64,000 nucleotides of DNA from Bacteroidales bacterium. GTDB lineage: Bacteria; Bacteroidota; Bacteroidia; Bacteroidales; UBA12077. The stretch is taken from NCBI GenBank assembly GCA_028282785.1, contig JANQHE010000002.1, positions 25,149-89,148 of the forward strand. Reading direction: 5' to 3'. Positions 18,186-29,014 of the stretch are shown in pieces (within the stretch, counting starts at the first letter, position 1; the number at the start of each line of letters is the position of its first letter). The position numbers and the translations under genes are program-made. The notes below the pieces were generated by a model. The model was not told the DNA's origin. It ran no database searches and saw nothing but the letters and a program-made list of their open reading frames with translations.

Positions 18186-18542
18186 ATGGGGGATTTTAGA
18201 AAGCTAAAAGTATCGCAAGAATCAACGGACTTATGTGAAGAAGTGTATTTACTCACTCAAAACGAGAAATACTCAAAAGATTTTGAATTACGTAGACAAA
18301 CCAAAAAATCAAGTATCAGGATACCAAATAATATTGCAGAAGGTGAAAAATCCGGTTCAAATAAACAAAGCATTAGATATTTTAACATTGCAAAAGCGTC
18401 TTGTGCTGAATTACAAACGCAACTAATTATAGCATATCGCATAAAATATATTAGCAAAAATGAATTTTTACCACTGGAAGACTTGTGTAAAAAGGTTTCA
18501 TCAATGTTATATAACTTAATAAAATCAAGATCTAAAAATTAA
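18186..18542 (+). CDS. Four helix bundle protein (23S rRNA IVP-like), possibly decaying
   Basis: FRKLKV(S)Q, IPNNIAEG, IAKASCAELQTQL; the Trp usually found in L.VWQ is Ser (TCG). Confidence 0.85.
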   Translation: MGDFRKLKVSQESTDLCEEVYLLTQNEKYSKDFELRRQTKKSSIRIPNNIAEGEKSGSNKQSIRYFNIAKASCAELQTQLIIAYRIKYISKNEFLPLEDLCKKVSSMLYNLIKSRSKN

Positions 18543-18625
18543 AATACAGTTGGTTTTTAACTGTAATTGTAACTTATAACGTAAACCTCAAAAAAAAGAA
18601 CATTAAACATAAAATTAAATAGAAA

Positions 18626-19597
18626 ATGACAACAGAGAAAAAAAATGACGAAATAGATTTGATTGAAGTATTTCTGAAAGTCGGAGTTGGAATAAAGAAC
18701 TTATTTAATTGGTTTCTCAACTTATTGTATAAAATACTTCTATTTTTTATCAGAAAAATAATTTTAACAGGTATTATAATAATTCTATTGCTTGCATTTG
18801 GTTATTATAAATATAAAACATCTCCTCGTTATTATTCATCAAGTATTGAAGCATACTCAAATGCTATTTCCAGTATAGATATGATTAACTATGTTAATAA
18901 TATCTATGAACTTTTTAGAACAAATAATATAGGTGAACTTCAATCCAAATTAAATATTGAACAAAAAGAACTGGAAAAAATTAAAAATGTAAAAGCATAT
19001 AAAGTAATTGACCTAAACAAGGATGGGGTTACTGATGAAATTGATTATTATGAAAAATATTCAACCGCAGACACTTTGGTTTCTGAGAGTAGGTTTGTAG
19101 TTAAAGTTGAAGTATTTGATCCTGCAATCTTTCCTGTTATACAAGCCAGTATTTTATCTTATATTGACAAAAATAAGTATATAAATGAATTAAATACAAT
19201 TCGTAAAAAGCAGCTTAACGAACTAATTATAAAATTGGACGAAGAAATAAACGCATTGGATAGTTTGAAAAAGACCGAGTATTTTAAAAGAAATAAAACA
19301 TTAGTACCACAGAGTGGCCAGTTGTTAGTTATGAATGAAAAAGAAACTAAATTATATCACGATCAAATAATTAGTTTATATAAACAAAAACAAGACCTTG
19401 AACAAAACCTTGAGCTAAGAACCGAACCCATTACCATTATTCAGGATTTTTCTGCACTTTCGACCGTTGAAAATAATCTTATGTCATATATAAAACTCTA
19501 TGGTTTAATCGGATTTGCTATTGGAATCCTTTTAAGTTTTATTATAGAAAAAAGAAAAGGTATTATAAAAATTATATCAGATTCCCGAAACAAATAA
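18626..19597 (+). CDS. Wzz-like polysaccharide chain-length determinant
   Basis: N-terminal DEIDL, two TM helices flanking a periplasmic coiled coil. Confidence 0.75.
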   Translation: MTTEKKNDEIDLIEVFLKVGVGIKNLFNWFLNLLYKILLFFIRKIILTGIIIILLLAFGYYKYKTSPRYYSSSIEAYSNAISSIDMINYVNNIYELFRTNNIGELQSKLNIEQKELEKIKNVKAYKVIDLNKDGVTDEIDYYEKYSTADTLVSESRFVVKVEVFDPAIFPVIQASILSYIDKNKYINELNTIRKKQLNELIIKLDEEINALDSLKKTEYFKRNKTLVPQSGQLLVMNEKETKLYHDQIISLYKQKQDLEQNLELRTEPITIIQDFSALSTVENNLMSYIKLYGLIGFAIGILLSFIIEKRKGIIKIISDSRNK

Positions 19598-19618
19598 GTT
19601 TTTATTTATAAAACCATT

Positions 19619-19649
19619 GAAACGTGAAGATTGTTCTTCACGTTTTTTT
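19619..19649 (+). terminator. Intrinsic terminator
   Basis: AAACGTGAAGA-TTGT-TCTTCACGTTTTTTT. Confidence 0.85.
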
Positions 19650-19654
19650 ATTTA

Positions 19655-21315
19655 GGCACATTCTTAAGCAAATAACATTATGAATATCAGATAATTATTC
19701 GTATATTTAGATAAAACAAAACCCCGAAAAGTGCCGAAAACACAAAAAATCGGGGTTTCATATTAAATATCTAATGCACAAAATACGAAAAATTTCACAA
19801 TTTCATCACACTTTCCACTTTCAAAGTCCTGAAGAAAATTTTAATAGCATATACGCCCAATTCTTGGAAAGTAACCTAGGTAAGATTTATCAGGCTATTG
19901 CCTGGCAAGATTTGGTAAAATCGTTTCATATCAAAGAATCAGTAAAAGGCCCTGATTGTATATTTACACCACAAGGGAAGTTAGGACTCATGTTTCTAAA
20001 GCGCTATGCTTGCTGTTCAGATGAGAAATTGATAGAACAGCTCAATGCTAATATTCATTATCAAATTTTTTGTGATATTCTTTTATCTCCAGGTGAATCA
20101 ATCAGTAACTTTAAGATTGTTAGTCAAATACGCTGTGAGTTGGCAGAGAATTTAAATATTGACAGCTCTCAAAAAGCATTGTCTTCAAAATGGATTGCGT
20201 ACATGAAAGAGCTTAATCAAGCGACAACAGATGCCACATGTTATGAAAGCGAAGTTCGTTATCCAACTAACCAGAAGCTTTTATGGGAATGCGCTCAGTG
20301 GAGTTATGGTCAGATGAAATTATTATGTAAACACCTTAAGGTTAAGATACCGAGAACAAAATACAGGAAGTGGAAAGAGCGCTATTTTGATTATATCCGG
20401 AAACGGCGTAAACCTTCCAAGGATAAACGAGTACTGACCCGAGCTCTTTTAAATTTGCTGGCAAAGCTAAATACAGAACTTGATCGAATAGAACAGGAAC
20501 AAAGTTTTAATATCTCTGAAAAATATACTAATCGAAGAAAAGTAATCAAGAAAGTTTATGAGCAACAAATGCAGTTATTTACCACAAACGAAAAACCAAA
20601 GGGTCGTATTGTAAGTATCGCAAAGAGTTATCTTAGGCCAATTGTAAGAGGAAAAGAAATTAAGCAGGTAGAATTTGGTGCAAAAGTTAACAAGATACAA
20701 ATTGATGGTATCAGTTTTATTGAACACTTGAGTTTTGATGCTTTTAATGAAGCTACTCGTTTTAAGTCTTCGGTTAGCTTATCACAGGAACTAACACACA
20801 CTGTGCTCAATATAATGGGTGCTGACGCTATTTATGCTACAAATGCAAACCGAAGGTATGCCACCAAAAATAATATTCGTACAGATTTTTGTCGAAAAGG
20901 CAGAGCTGGTAAACATGAACAGCAACGAAAGCAACTTGCCAGTATGATTACAAAAGAGAGAGCAAGTCGATTAGAAGGTAGTTTTGGTAAAGAAAAGCAA
21001 CATTACCATCTGAAGAAAGTAAAAGCCCGAACTCAAAAAACGGAGATTCTTTGGATCTTTTTTGGCATCCATACAGCTAATGCTCTTGAGATTGGACGAA
21101 GAATGGCTCTGGAAAAACTAAAATCAGCAGCTTAAATGGTTATGTATCAAATTATAAATACTTTCAATATTGGGATAAGTATGCCTAAAAATCAAGAAAA
21201 TATGTACATAAAGTATAAATCCAAAAGATTTTTATAAAAAGAAAGCTGCAAATTTAATTTACAGCTTCCTGATTCTTTAAATTATATCTATTTTTTGCTT
21301 TCTTCTGAAATTGCT
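19655..21315 (+). mobile_element. IS5-family insertion sequence (ends approximate)
   Basis: Imperfect terminal IRs GGCACATTCTTAAG / CTTCTGAAATTGCT, each flanked by TA, around a DDE transposase. Confidence 0.75.
19774..21135 (+). CDS. IS5-family DDE transposase
   Basis: SDEKLIEQL (DUF772-like), DATCYES.VRYPT, RPIVRGKE.KQVEFGAK, ADAIY, R.RLEGSFG. Confidence 0.9.
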   Translation: MHKIRKISQFHHTFHFQSPEENFNSIYAQFLESNLGKIYQAIAWQDLVKSFHIKESVKGPDCIFTPQGKLGLMFLKRYACCSDEKLIEQLNANIHYQIFCDILLSPGESISNFKIVSQIRCELAENLNIDSSQKALSSKWIAYMKELNQATTDATCYESEVRYPTNQKLLWECAQWSYGQMKLLCKHLKVKIPRTKYRKWKERYFDYIRKRRKPSKDKRVLTRALLNLLAKLNTELDRIEQEQSFNISEKYTNRRKVIKKVYEQQMQLFTTNEKPKGRIVSIAKSYLRPIVRGKEIKQVEFGAKVNKIQIDGISFIEHLSFDAFNEATRFKSSVSLSQELTHTVLNIMGADAIYATNANRRYATKNNIRTDFCRKGRAGKHEQQRKQLASMITKERASRLEGSFGKEKQHYHLKKVKARTQKTEILWIFFGIHTANALEIGRRMALEKLKSAA

Positions 21316-21318
21316 TAT

Positions 21319-22614
21319 TTACACGGACTCTTGTTTAATATTATATTTAGCATATAGTAGACTATAAAAGAAAGCAAAAAAGGAAACTCCGGCAATTGAA
21401 TTAAGCATAACTTCAAAAAAGAAGTTTACAAACATTATTAATAGAAAAAAGAAAAATAAAAATTGTCTTCTTGTTATTGATATTATGAAAGCATATATCA
21501 TCCAAAATAGAAATACAGTAAAACCGAGAACTCCTAGCTTTACAGCAATATCAAGATACTGATTATGAACATTGTAATTATTTTTATGTGCAGTTTCTAG
21601 TCCATACTTTTTATATTTCTTTTTTAACTCCTCACGAATATCTCCAGTTCCAGTTCCAAACCAAAATTCTTCTTTAAAAACCTCTACTCCTGATTTCCAT
21701 AGCCATAACCTCATATCTGAATCTTTACTCAAATTCTGTTCCTTTGCAGTATTTATAGATTCAGATAGATAGGCTTTTATTTTATCATTTATAAATATTA
21801 TAATTATGAATGTGGTAATAAGAAGAGTAATTATTCCTAAAACTTTATACAACTTAAGTTTTAAGATCAAATATGCAAAATAAAAAATAATACTAATAAT
21901 ATATGTTAATAAAACAGCACGACTACCTAGTAATAATAAAAACAATGTAAAATATCCAATTAATAGAAAATAACCCAACTTCCTTTTCTCACTATTACCA
22001 ATTAAATAAACCAAACTAACAATGGAAAACATTATATATACCGAATAGTATGTTGGATGATGGAAAACACTTAAAAAATTATATGAAAGAAAACTATACC
22101 TATAAAACACCAATTGAAAAAAAGTATAACTATTAATTGTTTCATTATTTGGCCAAGCACAAGAGTTAAATATTAAGCCCTGATTAGGATCAATTTGGAT
22201 ACTATTTGATAAACCATAAATTAAACAAACGATACTTGCAACAAAATTACCCAGAATAAAAAGTTTTAATAAGGTTTTAAAGTTCAGTAAAACTTTATTC
22301 GACATAAATACTATGACCGGTGAGATAAACAATATTGTGAGTTTTACCTGTAAATCAAAAAGTGTCTTATTCGTATTTTTTGAATAAAACAAACCAATAA
22401 ATAATAATAAGTATAATATCAATGGCAATACTAACAAAGGTTTATTTTTAAAATCAGATAAATCTATCTTTCTAATATTAATTAAGCCTGAAAATACCCA
22501 TAAAGCCATTAGGTAAGGTAGAAAGGCTTTATGAAATGGTAATAGAAGTGCAATTAAAATAAAAGTGTAATATTGAAAATTGGGCTTTATTACTTTTCTA
22601 TATAATTCAAACAT
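21319..22614 (-). CDS. O-antigen ligase-like (Wzy_C) membrane protein
   Basis: Many TM helices; GSRA, RLWLW, GTGTGD, HNQYL; own TATTTTTG -7 element at 22631-22638. Confidence 0.85.
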   Translation of the reverse strand: MFELYRKVIKPNFQYYTFILIALLLPFHKAFLPYLMALWVFSGLINIRKIDLSDFKNKPLLVLPLILYLLLFIGLFYSKNTNKTLFDLQVKLTILFISPVIVFMSNKVLLNFKTLLKLFILGNFVASIVCLIYGLSNSIQIDPNQGLIFNSCAWPNNETINSYTFFQLVFYRYSFLSYNFLSVFHHPTYYSVYIMFSIVSLVYLIGNSEKRKLGYFLLIGYFTLFLLLLGSRAVLLTYIISIIFYFAYLILKLKLYKVLGIITLLITTFIIIIFINDKIKAYLSESINTAKEQNLSKDSDMRLWLWKSGVEVFKEEFWFGTGTGDIREELKKKYKKYGLETAHKNNYNVHNQYLDIAVKLGVLGFTVFLFWMIYAFIISITRRQFLFFFFLLIMFVNFFFEVMLNSIAGVSFFAFFYSLLYAKYNIKQESV

Positions 22615-22653
22615 GGATAATACTTTTTAGCAAAAATAATCCAATATTTAACA

Positions 22654-23361
22654 TTAAATTAATCTTTTAACCGCTTTTACTGATATTATAACCTGATAAT
22701 TTGGATCATTATACAATAGTTCTTTCTTATTAAGCTCTTCACTTGCAACACCTTCTAAAAAGCTGACTGAAGTTAAAACATTACCATAACTAAAAATCTC
22801 AATATTATCATCTCCAAATACTTCTGAAAATATTTTTTGAATTGATTTATTTGTAAACCTCCAGAAATCTCCCCATCTATCCATATCATATCTAGAAATC
22901 TGGGATATTCCTGACACAGTTACCAATGCAACTCCATTTTCTTTTAACATATAATATATTCCCTCTACAGCAGAACTAAAATCATAAATAAAATTTAAAG
23001 TTTGAGTACATATAAAACAATCTATATAATCTGACTTTAATGTCCTCTTTTTAGTTAAATCTCCAACTATTGTTGCATTAGAATTTTCATTTGTAAAATG
23101 AAGTATTTCCTGCTTCACAATATCTTTTCCAAATAACTTAGAATAATGATCATCTCCAATCTCTAGAACTGTACCTTGAATTAAGCCACTATTATTTTTA
23201 AGAAAATGTTCAATGTAAAAACGATCAATTGGTTTTCCCCGATCCAAGCCAAAAACTTTTGATATTGGTTTAGTACTCCGGAAATCCTTCCAATTAGTTT
23301 TAAAAAGTCTTCTATTAATTGACCTAAATACAGTTATTATAATTTTACTAAATGATAACAT
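22654..23361 (-). CDS. Class I SAM-dependent methyltransferase
   Basis: DRGKPIDRFYIE, VLEIG, DCFICTQTL, DFWRFT. Confidence 0.8.
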   Translation of the reverse strand: MLSFSKIIITVFRSINRRLFKTNWKDFRSTKPISKVFGLDRGKPIDRFYIEHFLKNNSGLIQGTVLEIGDDHYSKLFGKDIVKQEILHFTNENSNATIVGDLTKKRTLKSDYIDCFICTQTLNFIYDFSSAVEGIYYMLKENGVALVTVSGISQISRYDMDRWGDFWRFTNKSIQKIFSEVFGDDNIEIFSYGNVLTSVSFLEGVASEELNKKELLYNDPNYQVIISVKAVKRLI

Positions 23362-23362
23362 A

Positions 23363-24424
23363 TTAATTAGTTTCTTTATTCTTAAAAATTCTAATAACCT
23401 GATCTTTATGCAATTTATTTGAGTAATTCAGTTGGTACCTTTTATATAAATAATCCGATATTTCAGACTTTAGTGGACAGTTATCGAACATTATTATAGC
23501 TTCCTGTAATGATCCTGAATCTTTAGGTTCTGCGAGAAATTTATACTCTTCCCCCAACATATTAGGAACATCTCCTATTTTTGTTGCTATTATTGGGATA
23601 CCTAATGACATGGCCTCTAAAATTATAATTGGTTGTCCTTCATTCCATGATGGTAAAATTAAACAATCATGTGTTTTTAGGATATTAGCAATTTCTTTTC
23701 GTTCTATTTTATCGTTGAATTTGACATTCTGAGATTTATTCTCTATTAACTGATTATAAAACTGTTTTTCATAAGTAGAACCATATATATCTAAAGAAAA
23801 ATTTTTCAGTTCTTCTTTTCCAAATACATCTATAAGATTCTTTATTCCTTTAGTCCTTATATAATTTGAAATACATACAAAATTCTTTATATATTGTTTA
23901 TTCCCTTTTTCATATTTATCTTCTAAAGAGGAAGTATTGTGTAAAACTGCAATTTCTATTTCATCAAAAAAATTCTGAATTTCCTCTTTAAAAACTGGAG
24001 ATAAAACGACTAATTCATCAATAAATCTTAAACATAAACTTGCTAAAAACTTATTGATACTTTTTTTCATATATACGCTAAAATCACCTCTATGTAAATG
24101 ACTAATCTTTTTTGTTTTTTTTGAAAGTAGTTTTATAAATGGTATAATTGCCAAAAGCTTAATTATTCCAAAAGTTGATAAAGAGAAATTAAAGTAAAAT
24201 ATATCTATTTTCTTTTTATTTAAGATTCTTAATATATTCCAGAAGTTAGATATTAAACCTAAAATTTTTCCAACCGAATTTTTATTCCATGTATATTCTT
24301 CAATTCTCTCGATGTTAAAACCTGAGTCTCTTAATATTTTTAGTGTTAAATTATTAGAAACGCTAATTCCAGTAAGCGTTTTAGGAGGAAGTTCTCCCCA
24401 AAATAATATCGAAGATTTATCCAT
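23363..24424 (-). CDS. GT4 glycosyltransferase
   Basis: LPSWNEGQPIIILEAMSLG (EX7E). Confidence 0.88.
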   Translation of the reverse strand: MDKSSILFWGELPPKTLTGISVSNNLTLKILRDSGFNIERIEEYTWNKNSVGKILGLISNFWNILRILNKKKIDIFYFNFSLSTFGIIKLLAIIPFIKLLSKKTKKISHLHRGDFSVYMKKSINKFLASLCLRFIDELVVLSPVFKEEIQNFFDEIEIAVLHNTSSLEDKYEKGNKQYIKNFVCISNYIRTKGIKNLIDVFGKEELKNFSLDIYGSTYEKQFYNQLIENKSQNVKFNDKIERKEIANILKTHDCLILPSWNEGQPIIILEAMSLGIPIIATKIGDVPNMLGEEYKFLAEPKDSGSLQEAIIMFDNCPLKSEISDYLYKRYQLNYSNKLHKDQVIRIFKNKETN

Positions 24425-25208
24425 ATTGCTTACTTTTCAGAAAGTATAAAACGTGTTTATACGGCCAGTCACATTCAAAATGTCTTCTATTAATCACCTT
24501 ATTACCAAATGAGTAATAATTTTTATAATTACTTTGGCTAAAAATATATTTATAATTTTGTTTTGCTAAGTCAATGCCTTTTTGACTAATATGTTTTAAT
24601 GTTCCAAATGGAAATGCAAAATAATCACAATTATAACTCAATTTTTCCTCCAGATATAATTTACTTTCTGAAATCTGATAATCAAGAAAGTCTTTATCAT
24701 TCGAGTTCATATTATGATGATCCATTGTGTGAGAACCAATTATATGTCCCTCTTTTAAAAGATCTTTTACCTGATCCCAACTCATTGGAGACTTATACGT
24801 ATAAACAATATTGTTTTTAAAATTTTCCTGATAGCTTTTATCACCATTAATAAAGTTCGGATTGATAAAAAACCCAGCTTTTATATTATGCTCATCTAGT
24901 ACAGGTTTTATTTTTGTATAACATTCTTCAAAGCCATCATCAAATGTGAATGCAACTAAACATTCATGTTTAGGAATATCATTTTTCTCAATCCTTTCTA
25001 TAGCATTTTCAAAATCAATTAATTTAACCTCCTTGGAAAGCAGTTTGAATAATAAATTCTTAAAAATGGTACTTTCAGCTTTATCATTTAAGCTTAAAAA
25101 ATGTCCGTTCAAAATATGGATTCCTGGTTTAGGCATTGAATTAATACTTAAAATATCTAGCAAATAATCACGTAACTTTCTTCTTAATATGGTATATAAT
25201 CTATTCAA
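24417..25208 (-). CDS. Polysaccharide deacetylase (CE4/NodB)
   Basis: FTFDDG, GSHTMDH, FAFPFG. Confidence 0.88.
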   Translation of the reverse strand: MNRLYTILRRKLRDYLLDILSINSMPKPGIHILNGHFLSLNDKAESTIFKNLLFKLLSKEVKLIDFENAIERIEKNDIPKHECLVAFTFDDGFEECYTKIKPVLDEHNIKAGFFINPNFINGDKSYQENFKNNIVYTYKSPMSWDQVKDLLKEGHIIGSHTMDHHNMNSNDKDFLDYQISESKLYLEEKLSYNCDYFAFPFGTLKHISQKGIDLAKQNYKYIFSQSNYKNYYSFGNKVINRRHFECDWPYKHVLYFLKSKQYG

Positions 25209-25209
25209 T

Positions 25210-26313
25210 TTACTTATGATTTGTCATTAAATATTCAATAAAATTGTCTGCTACTTTTTCAGGTAAATACTCCATTTCATTTACAGTTTTCACGCAATTT
25301 TCAATATACTTAGATCTATTTTCTTTAATATTCTTTTGCCAGTTTATTATCTTATCAGTTAAATCTTCAGGTAAATTATTAACATATAAATCTCCATTAT
25401 ATCCATTTTTTAATAATTCAAACTCAGGGAATTGATCTTTTAGATTATCAGTAGTTATAACTGGTAAACCAAATGATAAAGCGTGTAATATCGATAATCC
25501 AATTCCTCCTGGGTAAACAAATAGATCTGATTCTAAAAAATATTGATGTGCCTCTTTACCATATTTGGCTCCAACGAATTGAATTTTATCTGAAACATTA
25601 TATTTACTCGATAAATTAATTAATTCTTTTAAATCACCGTCTCCTACTAATATACATTTAAAGTCTATATTTGATTTTTTCTGCAATACAGCTAAAGCTT
25701 CAATAAGAATATGTACCTTTTTTGCTTTATTAATTCGTCCACTATATAAAATAGTAAAAATATTATTTTTCTTATTTTCAACTAAATTATAATTTATAAA
25801 TCCATAATCTTCATAATTAATGGCATTATTAACTACTTGAATCTTCGAATCTTCTATTCTAAGATCTAATAAATTCTTTCTTCCTTTTTGGCTATATACA
25901 AATACTCCAGAGGAATATTTGTAAAATAATTTTCTTAAGAATTTTCCAACTTTACCTTGATTTCCAAATCCTGCATGAGACCACCAATAAAACTCTTTCT
26001 TTCGAAATAACCGTAAGGATAAATAAATAAATAAAGTATGAATTAAATGAAAATCTATTCCTGAACAAATTATTACATCAGGGTTTTCTTTTTTTATATA
26101 TCTTAAAGATCGCTTTAAATAGTAAAATTTATGATTAAAAATCTTAAATTTCGTATAATTAGATTTATCTAAGTCAATACTTGAAGTGCTCTTTATTCCC
26201 TCATAATTAGTTCCTGCAAGTACTCTAATATTAAATTTCTTATCATGTAAAAGAATATCATAAAAATCTTTTCTGTAATGAGCATGAACAGGTTCTATAA
26301 AAAGTATATTCAT
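25210..26313 (-). CDS. GT4 glycosyltransferase
   Basis: YSGRINKAKKV, PGGIGLSILHALSFGLPVIT. Confidence 0.85.
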   Translation of the reverse strand: MNILFIEPVHAHYRKDFYDILLHDKKFNIRVLAGTNYEGIKSTSSIDLDKSNYTKFKIFNHKFYYLKRSLRYIKKENPDVIICSGIDFHLIHTLFIYLSLRLFRKKEFYWWSHAGFGNQGKVGKFLRKLFYKYSSGVFVYSQKGRKNLLDLRIEDSKIQVVNNAINYEDYGFINYNLVENKKNNIFTILYSGRINKAKKVHILIEALAVLQKKSNIDFKCILVGDGDLKELINLSSKYNVSDKIQFVGAKYGKEAHQYFLESDLFVYPGGIGLSILHALSFGLPVITTDNLKDQFPEFELLKNGYNGDLYVNNLPEDLTDKIINWQKNIKENRSKYIENCVKTVNEMEYLPEKVADNFIEYLMTNHK

Positions 26314-26369
26314 TATTCTATAGCCATTTATAATTCAAATATCTATTTGATGCTAAGTAAATTTTAAAG

Positions 26370-27356
26370 TTAATTAAACGGAACTTTTTTATCTATTAAT
26401 CGAGTAATAAAATAAAAGAAAAACAAGCTAATGATAAATAATGCAATCTTTAAAAAGTCAAATTCTCTATAGAAAAGTATTATAATTACAACAATAGAAT
26501 TAATACCAATTAAATAAAAATTAACTTTTTGGTGAGAAAATCCAGCTTGTACAATTCGTTGATATGCATGCTTTTTGTGTGCCTGACTCAACTTCTCTCC
26601 ATTTCTCCATCGTCTAAATAAGGTATATGTTGCATCAAACCAAAATGGAGATGAAAGCATAATCCAGTTCAGTATGGAGAATTGTAATGTATTATGAAAA
26701 TGAATTCCTAAAACCACTAGAATAAAGCCAAGTTGTATACTACCAACATCACCCATGAATATTTTTGCTTTAGGCCAATTCCAAATTAAAAATCCAGCTA
26801 CTGAAAATATTAAAATTAGGTTAATAAGATTTCCTGAAAATATAAACATGACTAAACCAAGAATAATTGCTTCAGTTGACGCAAATCCATCCAATCCGTC
26901 CATAAAATTAAAGAGATTAATAAACCAAACCATTCCTAAGATAACTATAGGGTATAAAAATATAAATAATTGTGGATTCAATCCAGGAATTATAAAGGCT
27001 CTTAGCCCCCCCAAGATATAAAAAGCTATAACAACAGTTATAAAATGAAAAATCAATCGTACAATAGGCTTTAAACTAACAAAATCGTCAATAAGACTAA
27101 TAATCATAAGAATTATCCCACTTAATAAAGCAAAAAACAATGATGTTTCTATTAATTCAAAAGCATATAGAATTGTAATTCCTATATACCATGTTATAAC
27201 AATTGCTAATCCTCCTCCCGTCGGAGTTGGAACAGCATGAGAACTTCTTTCGTTGGGAATATCCATTAATTTATGCTTTATTGCTAAATATCTAATTGCA
27301 TATGTTAATAGAAAGGAAATTAATCCAAGAATAATTATAATACCTGCTATTTTCAA
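26370..27356 (-). CDS. Polytopic undecaprenyl-phosphate HexNAc-1-P transferase (MraY/WecA/WbpL family)
   Basis: DIPNERSSH, PTGGG, IDD, NFMDGLDG, IFMGDVGS, AHKKHAYQR. Confidence 0.92.
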   Translation of the reverse strand: MKIAGIIIILGLISFLLTYAIRYLAIKHKLMDIPNERSSHAVPTPTGGGLAIVITWYIGITILYAFELIETSLFFALLSGIILMIISLIDDFVSLKPIVRLIFHFITVVIAFYILGGLRAFIIPGLNPQLFIFLYPIVILGMVWFINLFNFMDGLDGFASTEAIILGLVMFIFSGNLINLILIFSVAGFLIWNWPKAKIFMGDVGSIQLGFILVVLGIHFHNTLQFSILNWIMLSSPFWFDATYTLFRRWRNGEKLSQAHKKHAYQRIVQAGFSHQKVNFYLIGINSIVVIIILFYREFDFLKIALFIISLFFFYFITRLIDKKVPFN

Positions 27357-28231
27357 GATAATTTATTGTTTTTATAAAATTTAACCATTTTACTAATACC
27401 TTCTTCTGCGGTATATGAAGGATTAAAATTTAACTTTTTTTTTGTAAATGTATTATCAAACTCCAACGAATCAAATAACCTTGAAGTAGTACCTGGAAAT
27501 AATTTACGAATTATATATAGTATCGGTTTAGGTAAACTTATTAGTTTTATATTATGAGATAACCCCTTAGCTATATAACTAACTAATTCAGTTGTTGATA
27601 AAGGTTTTTCATCTTTTGCTATAAAAACTCCTGATGCTTGTTTTTCAATAATTTTATCCAGATATCCAACCAAATTTTCTACATATGTCATTGATCTTCT
27701 ATTTCTTATTTTTCCAAAAGGGAGGACTGGAACTCTCTCTACTAATTTTATCATTTTTAACATATTTGCTTTAACCCCTTCACCATAAACTAAAGGTGTT
27801 CTTAGAATCGCGACTTTAAAATGTTCATCCTCTAATTCTTTTAGTCCCAGTTCTGCTTCATATTTACTTTTTCCATACGCATCTACAGGAATACATGGCG
27901 AAATCTCATTTAGTATTTCCCGGGATGCACCTTCATCTCCATATACCTTTATCGTACTCATAAATACAAACTGACCTACGCCCGCTTTCTTTGCATTTTT
28001 GGCTACTTCAAGACATAAATCACGATTTACCCGAAAATATTCTCTATCAGGAATAGATTTATCTTGATGAACAATAGCCGCTACATGTAATACCACGTTA
28101 TACCCATGATAAGATATTTCATCGGGCCTGTGATTAATGAGCGAAATTCTCTCAACATCATGATATTTAGAGAATTTCTCAAAATTAATTCCCACAAAAC
28201 TATTCTTTCCTATAATAAATACCTTTGACAT
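27353..28231 (-). CDS. NAD-dependent epimerase/dehydratase (WbpV-like)
   Basis: HVAAIVH, YGKSK, PLVYGEGVKAN. Confidence 0.85.
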   Translation of the reverse strand: MSKVFIIGKNSFVGINFEKFSKYHDVERISLINHRPDEISYHGYNVVLHVAAIVHQDKSIPDREYFRVNRDLCLEVAKNAKKAGVGQFVFMSTIKVYGDEGASREILNEISPCIPVDAYGKSKYEAELGLKELEDEHFKVAILRTPLVYGEGVKANMLKMIKLVERVPVLPFGKIRNRRSMTYVENLVGYLDKIIEKQASGVFIAKDEKPLSTTELVSYIAKGLSHNIKLISLPKPILYIIRKLFPGTTSRLFDSLEFDNTFTKKKLNFNPSYTAEEGISKMVKFYKNNKLS

Positions 28232-28239
28232 TTTAATAA

Positions 28240-29001
28240 TTATGAATTTCCTATAAATTCAAATATTTTTCTAAAATACTTTGAATAAATGTAAAAATAA
28301 TTTGTTTTTACTCCATTCTCTGAGCATGCTCGCAGAATCTCTTTATTTAAGATCCAGTTGCTTTTAAAACTTCTATTGCTTATCCCACCTGGTCGCATAG
28401 AAACAAAAGCTTGTTCTAGATAGCGACATTTAATATTATTCTTATAGATGAATCGTAATAACAACTCAAAATCAGCCGCAATTTGATAATCTATTTTATA
28501 GAACCCAAACTTATCAAATAATTCTCTTTTAGCGTAAAAACTTGGATGAGCAGGCATAATACCATACTTGAATTTATAAGGTTTAAATCTTTTGGAAGAA
28601 TAATACCTTACAATCTTATTTTGTTTTTCAAGATGAAAAAACTGAACATCGCCATACACAGCATCGATATCTGCATCGTTAAACTCTTTTACGATCTTCT
28701 CCAAAATCGAATGATCATAAAACAGATCATCCGCGTTTAAAATACCCACGATATCACCAGAAGCTAATTTTATGCCTTTGTTCATGGCATCATAGATTCC
28801 CTGGTCAGGTTCCGAGATGTAACAATTTATCTTGTTTTCATAAAATCTGATGATATCTTTAGTTCCATCTGTGGAACCACCATCTACTAAAATATATTCA
28901 ATATGTTGATAGGTCTGATTAAAAATGGATTCAATAGTATTTTGAATAGTATTTTCACTATTAAATGCTACAGTAATGATGGAAATCAATAAATCTTTCA
29001 T
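28240..29001 (-). CDS. GT2 glycosyltransferase (WcaE-like)
   Basis: VDGGSTDGT, SEPDQGIYDAMNKG, LNADD, AADFE. Confidence 0.9.
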   Translation of the reverse strand: MKDLLISIITVAFNSENTIQNTIESIFNQTYQHIEYILVDGGSTDGTKDIIRFYENKINCYISEPDQGIYDAMNKGIKLASGDIVGILNADDLFYDHSILEKIVKEFNDADIDAVYGDVQFFHLEKQNKIVRYYSSKRFKPYKFKYGIMPAHPSFYAKRELFDKFGFYKIDYQIAADFELLLRFIYKNNIKCRYLEQAFVSMRPGGISNRSFKSNWILNKEILRACSENGVKTNYFYIYSKYFRKIFEFIGNS

Positions 29002-29014
29002 AACATAAGATTTA

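Noticed and set aside
16809-18542. Diversity-generating retroelement or rRNA intervening sequence
   Set aside because: No reverse transcriptase, TR/VR pair or rRNA sequence in the window
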